49,903 nt of DNA from a virus (taxonomy: Duplodnaviria > Caudoviricetes): positions 1 to 49,903 of IMG/VR virus record IMGVR_UViG_3300017780_002852, one strand, 5' to 3'. The notes beneath the pieces are model-generated. The model was given only the letters and a program-made list of their open reading frames with translations. It was not told where the DNA came from and did not search any database. Below, one piece after another: positions 33,592 to 43,091 of the stretch. Numbering within the stretch: position 1 is the first letter of the stretch; each line of letters opens with the position of its first letter. Both the position numbers and the translations under genes were made by a program.

Positions 33592-36353
33592 TGGCTGAGT
33601 TTACAGATACCCTCAATACCCCGGGAGACTACAAGCGAGCCGTGGGTGGGAACGGCGGAGCTGTGGATGTCTTCGGGCCTATCGCTGATCTGGCAGGCAT
33701 GGTTTTTGGTGGCCGTAAGGCTTCCAACTCTGACTCTGGTCTGGCGGACATCAAGAACATCCGTGATCTCCGTGCTGACCAAGCTCTGGATGAAGCAGCC
33801 ATTATGACCTCAGCCCTCCTGACTGGAGACTCCCGAAATCTGGAGACACTCCTTGGGGAACAGGGGCAACCCTACATTGCCGAGATGAAACGTCTCAAGG
33901 GATTGAAGGATGCGGAGGCTATCGACCCCAAGCAGTACGATGTGTACCTCAACAACGTTCTAATGGACGTTCAGGCCAAGTACCCCGACGCTGCCGATGA
34001 ACTTGGCAAGTGGTTCTCTGACAATAAATTCGATCACGCCATTGGTCGTGAGTGGAAAGCTCGTGAGGCTGCGGCAACTGCCCAGCTTGCTGTAGAAAAC
34101 GCTGTTGATGCTGAAATGTACAAGATTGGTATCAGCTTCCAGACAACGCTTGGGCTGTCCGCCGAGACTATGTCTACCATGACTTATCGTGATTGGGTCA
34201 ACAAGGGGATCGAAGTCACCAACACTCAGAACAGGGCCAAACTAAACAACGAAGCCTTTGTTCGTTCTCAAGCTGAGTTGGAGGCCGCTGCCAAGCTGTC
34301 TACTGCTGAACAAGAAGCCGCCAAGGTACGATTCAAGAAGGTGTCAGAGAGTGTGGTGCAAGACCACCTGAGTTCGGCTGACCCGGGTCTCCAGCTTATC
34401 ATGGAAGACGCTTCGTCGCTGAGCCGCACGATTACTGAGACCGGTGGTGACACAGCTATGTCCAAGAAGTTCACTGAGGCCACTCAGGTCTGGTATCAAA
34501 ACATCGATCTGTGGGAAGGTCAGACGTTGGCGACTGCCCGCGCTCAAGGTGTACCTGAAGAGAACTTGGCCCCCATCAAGGATCAGGCTCTGCGGGTGCG
34601 TAAGTTCATTGAGTCGTGGTCTACTGGGCCTGCCTCAGCTGGGGCCGCTGTCGCCCGCCAGCTTGACCTGCTCAAGACCAAGTACGGCATTGAAGGTATC
34701 CAAGCTGTCGATGGCTTGACCAGTCTCAAGGAAAGCCTTGGTACAGATATTGTCAACAAGCTGTTTGATGGTACTCTCCCGGGCTTTGGCGCTGCGGATA
34801 TTAACGCTTTGCGTGACCAGATGATTGGTCTGATCAACGCCAAGAACAACAACGTCAAAGACGCTACTGCCCGGATGCTTGATTTCCAGCGTGCTCTCAA
34901 CAGCCCTGACATCCCGTCTGACGTGGACCCCAAGAAACTCCAAGCAGCTGTGCTTGCCAAGTCTGTTGGTCTTGCTTCGTCTGTTCAGGAACTCAACGCT
35001 GGTCGTTGGTCTAACACAACAGCCTCTCACTTTATCAATGGCTCAAAAGGTTTGATGAAGGTGGTGGGTGACGCCCTTGGTCCTACGATCACCCCTGAGT
35101 CTATGGACAAGGCTGTCTTGACGCTGTTCACAGCTAATTGGCGTGGCGCGTGGAGAGAGTCCAAAACACTCGGCATCAGCCCTGAAGACTTCAAAGACGT
35201 TGGGAATCTCTCGGCCCTTCTGGCTGGTGAAGCCCTTGATACAATCAGGACTGCCAATGGTGACAAGATCAAGTTCAATGAGCAGACTGGACGTTACGAA
35301 CCGGTCCAAATTCGTTTTGCAACCTCCAGAGGTATCAGCCCGGTAGCTTCGGCTTTTGCTCCTCCTGTTGAAATGGCCACCCCTCCGGAAAGCATTAAAC
35401 TTGCGCGCCAAGCAAACTTCCTGCTGGAGCATCTTGACTTCCTGAACCAAGAGTTGGACTTTGTTCCTGAAGGGGCCCTCAAGGGCGACGGGACGGCTGA
35501 AGGCAAGATGACAGTCCGTCAAATCTTTGCCTCAGACGAAGGGCTTGCCAAGTCTCTCAACAACTGGATCAACTCTCAGGGCCCGTCTGAAGCAATGCAG
35601 ACAGCCATTGGACAATTTAATAAGGTCTCTGAGTCGATCAGAAGTGGGGATCGCTACAAGTCTCTGTTCAATAGCTCTGTTGGAGCGGGCACTGTGTCAG
35701 ATCGTATGACTTCCGCCACAATTCGTGGGAACATTACCACGTCTAAGATTTCCTTCCGAGAAATGAAGGGGATCGATGATTATCTTGTGGGGATGGGCAG
35801 AACTGAGGGTGGTGGGCAGCGTGGCAACTTTGCTCACGATCCGACACGCTCATCTGCTTCGGGCACGTACGGCTTCCTTGTGGGTAAGGGGGACAAGCTT
35901 GGTACATGGGACACCAACTTGATTGAGGTTATGCCGGAGGCTGCCAAGATGACTGACAAGGAGCGTGCAGAGCTGATGAATGACTCCGTCATTGAAGACA
36001 CAGTCATGAAACACTTCACAGCCAGGAATGCTGAAATACTCACCCGCGCCCGTGGTGTGCCCCCCAGCTGGGAAGAACTCAACATTGCTCACCTGCTTGG
36101 TGGCCAAGGTGCTGTGGACTTCCTCAAAGTCTTTGAGAAGAACCCTATGGCCAAAGCCAAAGACGTTCTTCCTGCGGACGTTGTCAGGAACAATCCGGAG
36201 CTGACCAAGGGAACGTTGCTGTACCTGTTCAACCAGCGGACTGGCCGTGGCGACGCTTCGTTTGAAGCGTACATCAAGGACAGACACGGCATTGAGTTTG
36301 CTCAGGTGCCTAGCCAAGACTACTTTGAAGACTTCAACATTGATGATGAATAA
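33591..36353 (+). CDS. Internal virion protein with C-terminal lysozyme/lytic transglycosylase-like domain
   Basis: TEGGG...SSASGTYGF...TW and AHLLG-GA...NP motifs. Confidence 0.78.
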   Translation: MAEFTDTLNTPGDYKRAVGGNGGAVDVFGPIADLAGMVFGGRKASNSDSGLADIKNIRDLRADQALDEAAIMTSALLTGDSRNLETLLGEQGQPYIAEMKRLKGLKDAEAIDPKQYDVYLNNVLMDVQAKYPDAADELGKWFSDNKFDHAIGREWKAREAAATAQLAVENAVDAEMYKIGISFQTTLGLSAETMSTMTYRDWVNKGIEVTNTQNRAKLNNEAFVRSQAELEAAAKLSTAEQEAAKVRFKKVSESVVQDHLSSADPGLQLIMEDASSLSRTITETGGDTAMSKKFTEATQVWYQNIDLWEGQTLATARAQGVPEENLAPIKDQALRVRKFIESWSTGPASAGAAVARQLDLLKTKYGIEGIQAVDGLTSLKESLGTDIVNKLFDGTLPGFGAADINALRDQMIGLINAKNNNVKDATARMLDFQRALNSPDIPSDVDPKKLQAAVLAKSVGLASSVQELNAGRWSNTTASHFINGSKGLMKVVGDALGPTITPESMDKAVLTLFTANWRGAWRESKTLGISPEDFKDVGNLSALLAGEALDTIRTANGDKIKFNEQTGRYEPVQIRFATSRGISPVASAFAPPVEMATPPESIKLARQANFLLEHLDFLNQELDFVPEGALKGDGTAEGKMTVRQIFASDEGLAKSLNNWINSQGPSEAMQTAIGQFNKVSESIRSGDRYKSLFNSSVGAGTVSDRMTSATIRGNITTSKISFREMKGIDDYLVGMGRTEGGGQRGNFAHDPTRSSASGTYGFLVGKGDKLGTWDTNLIEVMPEAAKMTDKERAELMNDSVIEDTVMKHFTARNAEILTRARGVPPSWEELNIAHLLGGQGAVDFLKVFEKNPMAKAKDVLPADVVRNNPELTKGTLLYLFNQRTGRGDASFEAYIKDRHGIEFAQVPSQDYFEDFNIDDE

Positions 36354-36363
36354 GGATAACTAA

Positions 36364-37260
36364 ATGGCTCTACCAGCAGCTATGCGAGCAGCCGCCAAGG
36401 TTGCTAAGGAAACTGCCGCCCTTGATGAAGTCGTCGAGGTGGGTGGTCGCTCCATGTCCAAGCGGGACCTGATCAAGTTTGAGATTGAGAAGATGCTTCG
36501 GTCCAACGGCTCGCAAGCCGATGTGACCAAATCTCTCAAGTCACAAGGTATCACCTTTGACAATGAGTGGATCAAGAATCAGATTGCCGTTGCCAAGCGA
36601 AGGGACATGACCCTCAAGCCTGATCCTCGTCAACGCAAGATGGAGGCAAACTGGGTTATTGAAAAAGGCCTAGGAGAAGGCAAGACGTGGGAACAGATTG
36701 GAGTTGACCTTCAAGACGCTGGGTTCAAGAAGGGTGGAGAGATGGCCCTCCACGCCAAGTCCATGTACTACAAGCGGCTCATGAGCAAGCCCGAGCCAGC
36801 CGTGATAGATAACGGTGAGTCGGGCCCCAACGCTGGGCCGCAAGATGGGGACTACCGTATGCCCCAGAAGTTGACAGATGAGGAGTTGATGGGCGCTTTG
36901 AAGGCCGCTGCTGAAGAAGCAAGCAAGCGGGCGAAGAACCAGACTCGTGCTGCCCGGGAACGAGGAGCTGCTAGCATCAACTCGTTTGATTGGTCTGGTC
37001 TTGATGAGTTGGCAAAGATGTGGTCTGATCCGGGGTACAAGAACCCGGAACTTATTGATCCTAAGATGTCTGGGAGCCTGCCTGATGGCCCGGCTCGTCC
37101 GTCTGATATGGACGTTATCACAGCAGAACGGATGCCAAAGACTGAAGAAGAGATGTCAGCCACCTTCCCTCGGGGTTTCAACTACGACACGGCCAGCCCA
37201 GAGGACCAGAAGCGATGGCGGGAGACTGCTGCGGAAGCAGACCGGCGTAACAAACAATAA
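36364..37260 (+). CDS. Hypothetical protein with two HTH-like repeats
   Basis: IEKMLRSNGSQADVTKSLKSQGI and IEKGLGEGKTWEQIGVDLQDAGF. Confidence 0.7.
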   Translation: MALPAAMRAAAKVAKETAALDEVVEVGGRSMSKRDLIKFEIEKMLRSNGSQADVTKSLKSQGITFDNEWIKNQIAVAKRRDMTLKPDPRQRKMEANWVIEKGLGEGKTWEQIGVDLQDAGFKKGGEMALHAKSMYYKRLMSKPEPAVIDNGESGPNAGPQDGDYRMPQKLTDEELMGALKAAAEEASKRAKNQTRAARERGAASINSFDWSGLDELAKMWSDPGYKNPELIDPKMSGSLPDGPARPSDMDVITAERMPKTEEEMSATFPRGFNYDTASPEDQKRWRETAAEADRRNKQ

Positions 37261-37296
37261 AAGAACCCCCGGAAGAGAAATCCTCCGGGGGTTTTC
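37258..37296. terminator. Bidirectional intrinsic terminator where the arms converge
   Basis: A-rich flank, AACCCCCGGA...TCCGGGGGTT stem, T-run. Confidence 0.88.
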
Positions 37297-37298
37297 AT

Positions 37299-37544
37299 TT
37301 AGGCCATTTCTTTCTTACAGTAGTCTTCGATGATCCTCATGCAACATTGGTAGATTGCTGTAGCCGTCTTCCTTTTGTTCCAGTCCTTGTTGTCGCCAGC
37401 AAGGGAGAACCAAAGCTCTCCGTTCTTGACAACCATAGCGGCCTTGCGATGCTGTGGATATTCGGGATCAGGTCCCACAAGGATACGGAAGGTAATCTCA
37501 GGACGGGCTGCGTCCATAAGCTTGTTGAATTTAGCTGTGTTCAT
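37299..37544 (-). CDS. Hypothetical protein
   Basis: ATG overlaps RNR stop. Confidence 0.65.
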   Translation of the reverse strand: MNTAKFNKLMDAARPEITFRILVGPDPEYPQHRKAAMVVKNGELWFSLAGDNKDWNKRKTATAIYQCCMRIIEDYCKKEMA

Positions 37545-39208
37545 TAGGCCCCGCAGGTGCCTCCTTTTCCAGAGATGTCACAGATGTCGCTCGTTTCTAC
37601 AAACACTTCACCCACCTTGCTTATTGCTTCTTTATAGGGGACAGCAGTAAGAGGCTGCCCACCGCGAGCGCCATCAGGGTAACAGGTAAAGCCACGAAGC
37701 CTGTGGGCGTACTTAGCCAGAATGTCAGCAAAGCGGTTGACATAAGCATCAGACAAAGTAAACTCGTTAACTGGGGGGAGGTTGATAGTAGACGAGATAG
37801 CTTGGTCAACATAGTCTTGAATATCCGCTTGGAACTTGATCCGACGTTCAAAGAACGGCGCGAGGTCAATCGCCGACTCAATCTTTTCAGGGTTCGCGCC
37901 ATAGACATCAATTAGCTCTTGCGCTGCGCCATCGACGACGTATTGGTAGTGCCAGTCGGTTCCTTTAAGATAGCGTCGCTTGTACGCCACGGCGAAGAGA
38001 GGCTCAATCCCGGTGGTAGTTCCAGCCAAGATACCAATGGACCCTGTCGGAGCAATGGCTCGAACGCCTTTAGGCGTCGCCACTCCCAGATCGTTTGCCG
38101 TTCGTTGCGCCACGAGGTCAGAGGTATCACGATAGGCCGTAAGCCATTCATGAAGTTCTGGCGTGACTTCATAGGAAGCACCCCGCTTAATGAGCCACTC
38201 GTGAATACCCATAAGGCCGAGGCCGAGACGACGGTTCTTTTCACGAACCTCATAAACTTTTGCATAGGGGAGTTGAGCCTTGAATGTTCCACAGAAGAGG
38301 AACTTGGTTGCTAGTTCGACAACATCTTGAAACTCTCGGAGAGAATCAATGCGGCCCATATTGATAGAGCCAAGATTACAAACATCGGAGTCGTCCTCCG
38401 AAGTGACTTCAGTACATGCATTTCTAAGTGTCTCGTTTTCTTTTTCGTAGAAGTTGAAACTAAACCCCGGCTCTGCTGAGCTAAGAGCTTGTTTAACATT
38501 ACGGCGGAATACGTCGCCGACTTGCCCGGTCCTCTGATACGTCTCAAGCCAATTGGTGTCATAATTTACCGATATGTTTGTCATGTCTAGTGGGGCAGGG
38601 AAGTTGAAGTTCTTCTGCTTCACGTCCCACAGGGTGAGGCCGGGAACAACCTCTTGTTCGTGCCAGTCCTTGGCTACAAGGAATTGATCCACATCCCCGT
38701 GAGCGTGATTGAGGCTAGCATAAATAGCAGAACGCCGCGATCCGCCCTGCATAACATTTCGACCAATTTCATTGACCATCGCCATTTTAGGAATTGGTCC
38801 ACCAGCAGTACCACCAGTCCTGTTGAGCCGACTGCCAGAAGCCCTGTAGCGAGAATAGTCAACACCGATACCTCCACCTGTCATCAGGCATGATTCTGTT
38901 TTCCAACTCAGGTTGGCCCAATCTTCTCTCGTGTCCTCTTCGGCACGTAGAAGGTAGCAATTGTTGTAGAATTTAGCCTCACGACCCGCGTAGTATAGGT
39001 AACGACCACCCGGGATGAACTTGAGGTCTCGGATGTAGGTGGTGAGCTGGTCTTGTTCGTCTTTGGGGAGCATGTCTCCGCAGATCGTTTTGACGAGTGT
39101 GGCGGCGAGTTCATCCCAAGTCTCTGCTCCTTCGTGTCGGTACTTCTGATTGAAGATGTCTTCGGAGAACTTGCTCCGGAATTGGGGGTTTTGATTTGAT
39201 TTGAACAA
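37544..39208 (-). CDS. nrdJ: Class II (adenosylcobalamin-dependent) ribonucleotide reductase
   Basis: PGGR, NNCY, GGGIG, GGSRRSA, NACTE (thiyl Cys), CNL, APTGS, ISSTIN, C-terminal Cys pair; no beta subunit seen. Confidence 0.88.
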   Translation of the reverse strand: MFKSNQNPQFRSKFSEDIFNQKYRHEGAETWDELAATLVKTICGDMLPKDEQDQLTTYIRDLKFIPGGRYLYYAGREAKFYNNCYLLRAEEDTREDWANLSWKTESCLMTGGGIGVDYSRYRASGSRLNRTGGTAGGPIPKMAMVNEIGRNVMQGGSRRSAIYASLNHAHGDVDQFLVAKDWHEQEVVPGLTLWDVKQKNFNFPAPLDMTNISVNYDTNWLETYQRTGQVGDVFRRNVKQALSSAEPGFSFNFYEKENETLRNACTEVTSEDDSDVCNLGSINMGRIDSLREFQDVVELATKFLFCGTFKAQLPYAKVYEVREKNRRLGLGLMGIHEWLIKRGASYEVTPELHEWLTAYRDTSDLVAQRTANDLGVATPKGVRAIAPTGSIGILAGTTTGIEPLFAVAYKRRYLKGTDWHYQYVVDGAAQELIDVYGANPEKIESAIDLAPFFERRIKFQADIQDYVDQAISSTINLPPVNEFTLSDAYVNRFADILAKYAHRLRGFTCYPDGARGGQPLTAVPYKEAISKVGEVFVETSDICDISGKGGTCGA

Positions 39209-39240
39209 CCGGGATTACACCTGTAATATGAATTTAGGGA

Positions 39241-39271
39241 AAGAAAAACCCCCGGCTTTTACACCGGGGGC
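39241..39271 (-). terminator. Intrinsic terminator upstream of RNR
   Basis: CCCCCGG-TGTAAAAG-CCGGGGG-TTTTTCTT on minus strand. Confidence 0.75.
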
Positions 39272-39331
39272 TACGACTCTAAGGCTGACTACTGCTTACT
39301 CAATAGGGCCGGTAGGCGTTGTCGTGTTAGC

Positions 39332-39541
39332 CTACACTACGGGAGTTTCATCTTTCGGCTTGGTCAGGAACTTGTCCTTGAAGAAGACGAGGATGGCAGC
39401 CGCGACAGCAACACCAAGGTTGCCGAAAACTTCAAGCTGCTCTGTGGACCACGAAACTGCCATACCGAGAGCCGCTAGAATGCCTACCCACGTTGTTCGT
39501 TCCGCTAGTCGTTCAGCGATGTATTTGAAAATAGAACCCAT
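39332..39541 (-). CDS. Small 2-TM protein, holin-like
   Basis: RLAERTTW-G motif, two TM helices, charged tail, AAGGAGGT RBS. Confidence 0.6.
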   Translation of the reverse strand: MGSIFKYIAERLAERTTWVGILAALGMAVSWSTEQLEVFGNLGVAVAAAILVFFKDKFLTKPKDETPVV

Positions 39542-39583
39542 ACTGGATCACCTCCTTTAAGCATCCCGGTTGGCGGGAATGAA

Positions 39584-39658
39584 TGGTGCCAAGAGAGAGG
39601 ATTGAACTCCCGACCGGCTGCTTACAAAACAGCAGCTCTGCCACTGAGCTATCTTGGC
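39584..39658 (-). tRNA. tRNA-Thr(UGU)
   Basis: Cloverleaf: GCCAAGA/TCTTGGC acceptor, GCTC/GAGC D-stem, loop TT-TGT-AA, TTCAATC T-loop, encoded CCA. Confidence 0.93.
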
Positions 39659-39667
39659 TAACACTAT

Positions 39668-39696
39668 ATTATACCACACTAATCCTCGAAAGTCAA
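39668..39696 (-). promoter_or_regulatory. sigma70 promoter for tRNA and holin-like gene
   Basis: TTGACT-17nt-TATAAT, TG extended -10. Confidence 0.85.
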
Positions 39697-39727
39697 GTCA
39701 ATTCCGTAGCGCCGCGACCTTCTGTCG

Positions 39728-40117
39728 TCATCCGTTTCGTCCAGTCTTTTCTTTCCAGATTCGGACTTCTTCTTGGATGTATTTGCTAACTGTCGAAGTC
39801 TGCGAAGCTCCTTCTGGTGCTCTTTCAGTTCGTCCGGGTCCATCTTTCGTTTCTTTCAGAATCATATCAAGGGCGATAACGAGACGTGTGATTGCGTGCG
39901 CTAGGTGGTTTTCCCCACTTTCGTCAATCTCTGAGATTGCGTCCCATTTGTAGATATGGCCAAGGGCCTTCTTGACTTGGTGGTCAATACCCTTGGGGCC
40001 AAGAGGGTCTACACCCTGCCACCCAAACGCTGCGTGCTTCTCAGCCCCGTGCTCAAAGACCCGTTCAACGGATGCCATGACCTCGGGAGGAAAGTACTCA
40101 GTCTTCGGATTCGTCAT
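39728..40117 (-). CDS. DUF5664-like dATP/dGTP diphosphohydrolase domain protein
   Basis: VFEHGAEKH-W...ALGHI-W...DESG-NHLAHA-RL. Confidence 0.75.
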   Translation of the reverse strand: MTNPKTEYFPPEVMASVERVFEHGAEKHAAFGWQGVDPLGPKGIDHQVKKALGHIYKWDAISEIDESGENHLAHAITRLVIALDMILKETKDGPGRTERAPEGASQTSTVSKYIQEEVRIWKEKTGRNG

Positions 40118-40274
40118 ATTCGTACCCCAGCTCAGATAGGATGGAATCAAGATTTCTTTTAACTCGACTAGGAAACGCTTTGAGAAGTTCTCCGACGGAG
40201 ATGTCGAGGAACTCTGCAAGCTCTCCTGCTGTCCATCGTCTGTCAATCAGTTCTCCTAGTTCATCGAGGTCCAT
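40098..40274 (-). CDS. 58-aa acidic hypothetical protein
   Basis: MDLDELGELIDRRWTAGELAEFLDISVGELLKAF...; manual translation, overlaps both neighbours. Confidence 0.6.
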   Translation of the reverse strand: MDLDELGELIDRRWTAGELAEFLDISVGELLKAFPSRVKRNLDSILSELGYEYDESED

Positions 40275-41016
40275 AGATTTCTTTCAACCTCCGCAAAGAT
40301 ACCCACTCTAGGTCATAATCTCCATTCTCGACTCCTCGTTTGATGACAACTCCAGAGGACCAATATCGTGCTGAAGCGCGCGCGAAAGGAGGGACGTAAT
40401 CTTGAAAGACACCACAACTGAGACCATGTATTCGCTGACCGCCTCCTCGGACTCGAACTGCATGGTCAAAGAGGTGTGAGTGTCCTTGCGTTGCAGAGTT
40501 AAGTTGCTTGGAGAGAATGGCAGCGCCAAGGTTAACGCCGCCGATAGGACGGCCCATGATCCCTGAAGCGAAATAGTGTGAGTATTGGATTCCATCAATT
40601 TCAACAATCTCTAAGAAGGGGTGCTCTTCGATACCGTATTCACGAGATTGGAAATCTCTTGTAGAGATTGTCCCGTCAAGGATAGGGTCCATGTCGAGCA
40701 CTCGAAGTAGACGGTGTTCGTGATTTCCCAAACATCGGACGATGCGGGGGCGTTTACGGTGGTTTTTTCGGACCACCGAGAGTAGTCGGTCTTGAGCCTC
40801 GACACCTGAAGCAATGTCAAGATGGTATCGGTTATTCTCGAAGCCTCTTTTACCTTTGTCGTAAGAGCAGAGGGATGGCATGTCAAACCAATCTCCAATG
40901 TCCACCACTGTGTCGGGCCGAACATCTGCGATGAGTTTACCGAGATACGTATATCGTTCGTTTGAATGTTGAGGATGTGCATGGCTGTCCGGGATGATCA
41001 GGTGGGTCTTAGACAT
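40261..41016 (-). CDS. Calcineurin-like metallophosphoesterase
   Basis: DSH, GDWFD, GNHE, SH, GHSH motifs. Confidence 0.88.
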   Translation of the reverse strand: MSKTHLIIPDSHAHPQHSNERYTYLGKLIADVRPDTVVDIGDWFDMPSLCSYDKGKRGFENNRYHLDIASGVEAQDRLLSVVRKNHRKRPRIVRCLGNHEHRLLRVLDMDPILDGTISTRDFQSREYGIEEHPFLEIVEIDGIQYSHYFASGIMGRPIGGVNLGAAILSKQLNSATQGHSHLFDHAVRVRGGGQRIHGLSCGVFQDYVPPFARASARYWSSGVVIKRGVENGDYDLEWVSLRRLKEIYGPR

Positions 41017-41377
41017 ACTCTTTAATGGTCTCCAAAGTACACCACAGGAAACCATTCTTCTCCGCCCACTCAGCGTGTGTGAGCCTTTTCTTGGGGAGCT
41101 TCTGGTGTGGCTTCATGAAACAGATCACGATCTTTCGATCAGGGAAAGCTTTACGCACAGCCCTCATCTTCCTAACGTCGTCTGCATCAAGGTAGCCTTT
41201 AGCTTCAATGATCACCCCAGTACGCCGATTAGTGTAGTCCGGGATGTAGAAGAACGTATACGGAAGTTTCTCAATTTCGTGGGCAAACTGCTTGGGCCGG
41301 AGACGGTTGAGCTTTCGCCCAACCTCCCCTTCAAAGCCCGAGCGTGCTAAACGCTTAGTTGGCAATTTGCTCACCAA
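41009..41377 (-). CDS. T7 endonuclease I-like Holliday junction resolvase
   Basis: RSGFE, YIPDY, IIEAKG, WAEKNGF. Confidence 0.85.
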   Translation of the reverse strand: MVSKLPTKRLARSGFEGEVGRKLNRLRPKQFAHEIEKLPYTFFYIPDYTNRRTGVIIEAKGYLDADDVRKMRAVRKAFPDRKIVICFMKPHQKLPKKRLTHAEWAEKNGFLWCTLETIKEYV

Positions 41378-41597
41378 CGTTCATATGCGGCAGTACACGG
41401 ACTACCCTGTGGTAAGGGACCAAGAAGACTGGAGCACCACTGTCATCTTCAGCTGAGAAGAATGTAAGCAGCGGGCCAGAAAACGACGGATACCCTGTAA
41501 CGTAGTGTTGCGCAAAGGTCCCCGGAGAGGCCTCAATTGCAACGTCCCAAGTCGGTGGCGGTTCAACCGCTTCTTCATTATCGGAAACAAGTCGCAT
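41355..41597 (-). CDS. Hypothetical protein
   Basis: 80-aa ORF with AAGGA RBS. Confidence 0.6.
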   Translation of the reverse strand: MRLVSDNEEAVEPPPTWDVAIEASPGTFAQHYVTGYPSFSGPLLTFFSAEDDSGAPVFLVPYHRVVRVLPHMNVGEQIAN

Positions 41598-41606
41598 GGG
41601 TGTTTG

Positions 41607-42473
41607 TTATTCCTTCCAGAATGTGTCTGTGATTTCGTCTACTCGTGGGGTCTCGAAAACCTCAGTGAGATAAGTGGGCCCATTGGCGTATAGAAATACT
41701 CGCAGACCCCGCCCTCTGTTAGCATCAGCCCAACACTGTCGCTTATGAGAGCAGAAGATGCAGCCCACTGGTAGACCTTTGTTACCGGACTTCCCAGCTG
41801 CGACTGGCTCATAACATCGAGCAGGGGGAGTGGGCTTGTCAAGTGCATCTCTTAGCTCCGCTATTTTAGGAGAGGGGTCAACCAAGGGCACTTCGACAAG
41901 AGCTTGATGCGCTCTTTCTTTCTCAATTGCCCAAATGTATCCTTTAGTCGCTCCCTCTGCTTTTGCATACCCGGAGAGTTGGAGGACGTATCCGAAAGGA
42001 TCGTCTCCTTTACATACCGAGCCATCGGCGAATTTTGTGAAGGAGAACTTAGAAGCAGACTTAACATCCACCGGTATGCCATCGATCTTACCGTCTGTAT
42101 GACCGACGATGCCATCTACTTCGACTCGTTTTTGTCTATCGGAAACATCGTGTCCAGCCTCTTCTGCAAGGTAGAGGAAAAGCTCTTCGATAATATCTCC
42201 GTAAAGGAATTTGAGCTTGTCAGCAGCGGCCAGCTTTTCAGGAGCGAATTTAGCTCCGGGTCCGTAACCTTGAATGTCGTAGTAGACTTGCCGTGCTGGT
42301 TTTCCAATGTTAGAGAGGCGTAGATATGACTGTCGTCCATCTCCGCTCGCTCGAAGTCGATTTGCAACGACACCCGCGAGGGCTGTGGCAAATCTCTGGA
42401 GCTTTTCGGGGTCCGGGGTGTGACCATTGAATAGGTTCTCTACGTCTTGAGTGAGTGTTTCAATTGATGCCAC
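41607..42473 (-). CDS. PD-(D/E)XK exonuclease (Cas4/RecB-like)
   Basis: LRLSNIG, GHTDG-ID, VDVKSAS, QLSGY, C-terminal CxxC...CW. Confidence 0.85.
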   Translation of the reverse strand: MASIETLTQDVENLFNGHTPDPEKLQRFATALAGVVANRLRASGDGRQSYLRLSNIGKPARQVYYDIQGYGPGAKFAPEKLAAADKLKFLYGDIIEELFLYLAEEAGHDVSDRQKRVEVDGIVGHTDGKIDGIPVDVKSASKFSFTKFADGSVCKGDDPFGYVLQLSGYAKAEGATKGYIWAIEKERAHQALVEVPLVDPSPKIAELRDALDKPTPPARCYEPVAAGKSGNKGLPVGCIFCSHKRQCWADANRGRGLRVFLYANGPTYLTEVFETPRVDEITDTFWKE

Positions 42474-43063
42474 TAGAACGGAATCTCATCAGAGAAGTCG
42501 TCCGGGTCGGTCTGATGATTAGCTTTGTCATCAAAGCCCCACTCGTCATCGTTCTTGGCCGCGCCACCCTTCTTCGGGAAGCCACCGTCACCACCACCCG
42601 CAGTACCTTCGTACTCGACGTGATCCCAGACTTGCATCTCAAGCAGGTAGGGCTTCCAACGTTTCGGCTGGCCCGGCAGCTCGACAACGAACTTCATGAT
42701 CTTGAGGTTCACAGTCGTGCCATTACCAATCAGCTTGGTCGGGTCCCACGGGTCACCGTTCTCATCACGAAGAGGGACGGGGTTAGCAGGTGAGCCATCT
42801 GACTTGACGGACTTGCGAACGAACTTGATGACGGGTTTACCAGTCGTCTCGTTCGGGGTATTGTCTTTGTTCGGCTTACCCTTCTTGACGTAGAAACGGT
42901 CGATGCCGAAGTCCTGAAGGGCTTTGAGGCCTTCCTTGTCGAATACTGCGTCCACCGTCCACTCTTGCGACTTGCCGTCGTAGGAAGGCCGGGGCTTACC
43001 AAGCACCTTGCACCAATATACCTTGGCTTGAATGATTTTGGTTTCGAGTTTCTCTTTAGCCAA
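42473..43063 (-). CDS. Single-stranded DNA-binding protein (T7 gp2.5-like)
   Basis: IGNGT-V, acidic tail ending DEIPF, dedicated promoter. Confidence 0.82.
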   Translation of the reverse strand: MAKEKLETKIIQAKVYWCKVLGKPRPSYDGKSQEWTVDAVFDKEGLKALQDFGIDRFYVKKGKPNKDNTPNETTGKPVIKFVRKSVKSDGSPANPVPLRDENGDPWDPTKLIGNGTTVNLKIMKFVVELPGQPKRWKPYLLEMQVWDHVEYEGTAGGGDGGFPKKGGAAKNDDEWGFDDKANHQTDPDDFSDEIPF

Positions 43064-43091
43064 TTACTTGTTCTCCTATCCTTATACCTAT

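Noticed and set aside
39209-39331. Cobalamin riboswitch upstream of nrdJ
   Set aside because: Region is short and I see no B12-box; only a terminator hairpin is evident
39584-39658. tRNA as prophage attachment site
   Set aside because: No integrase, repressor or duplicated tRNA 3' end found
39728-40117. 2-aminoadenine (Z) genome system implied by DUF5664
   Set aside because: No PurZ/adenylosuccinate synthetase-like or DatZ HD-domain gene seen
41607-42473. CRISPR-associated Cas4
   Set aside because: Sits between SSB and resolvase as an ordinary phage replication exonuclease; no other cas genes
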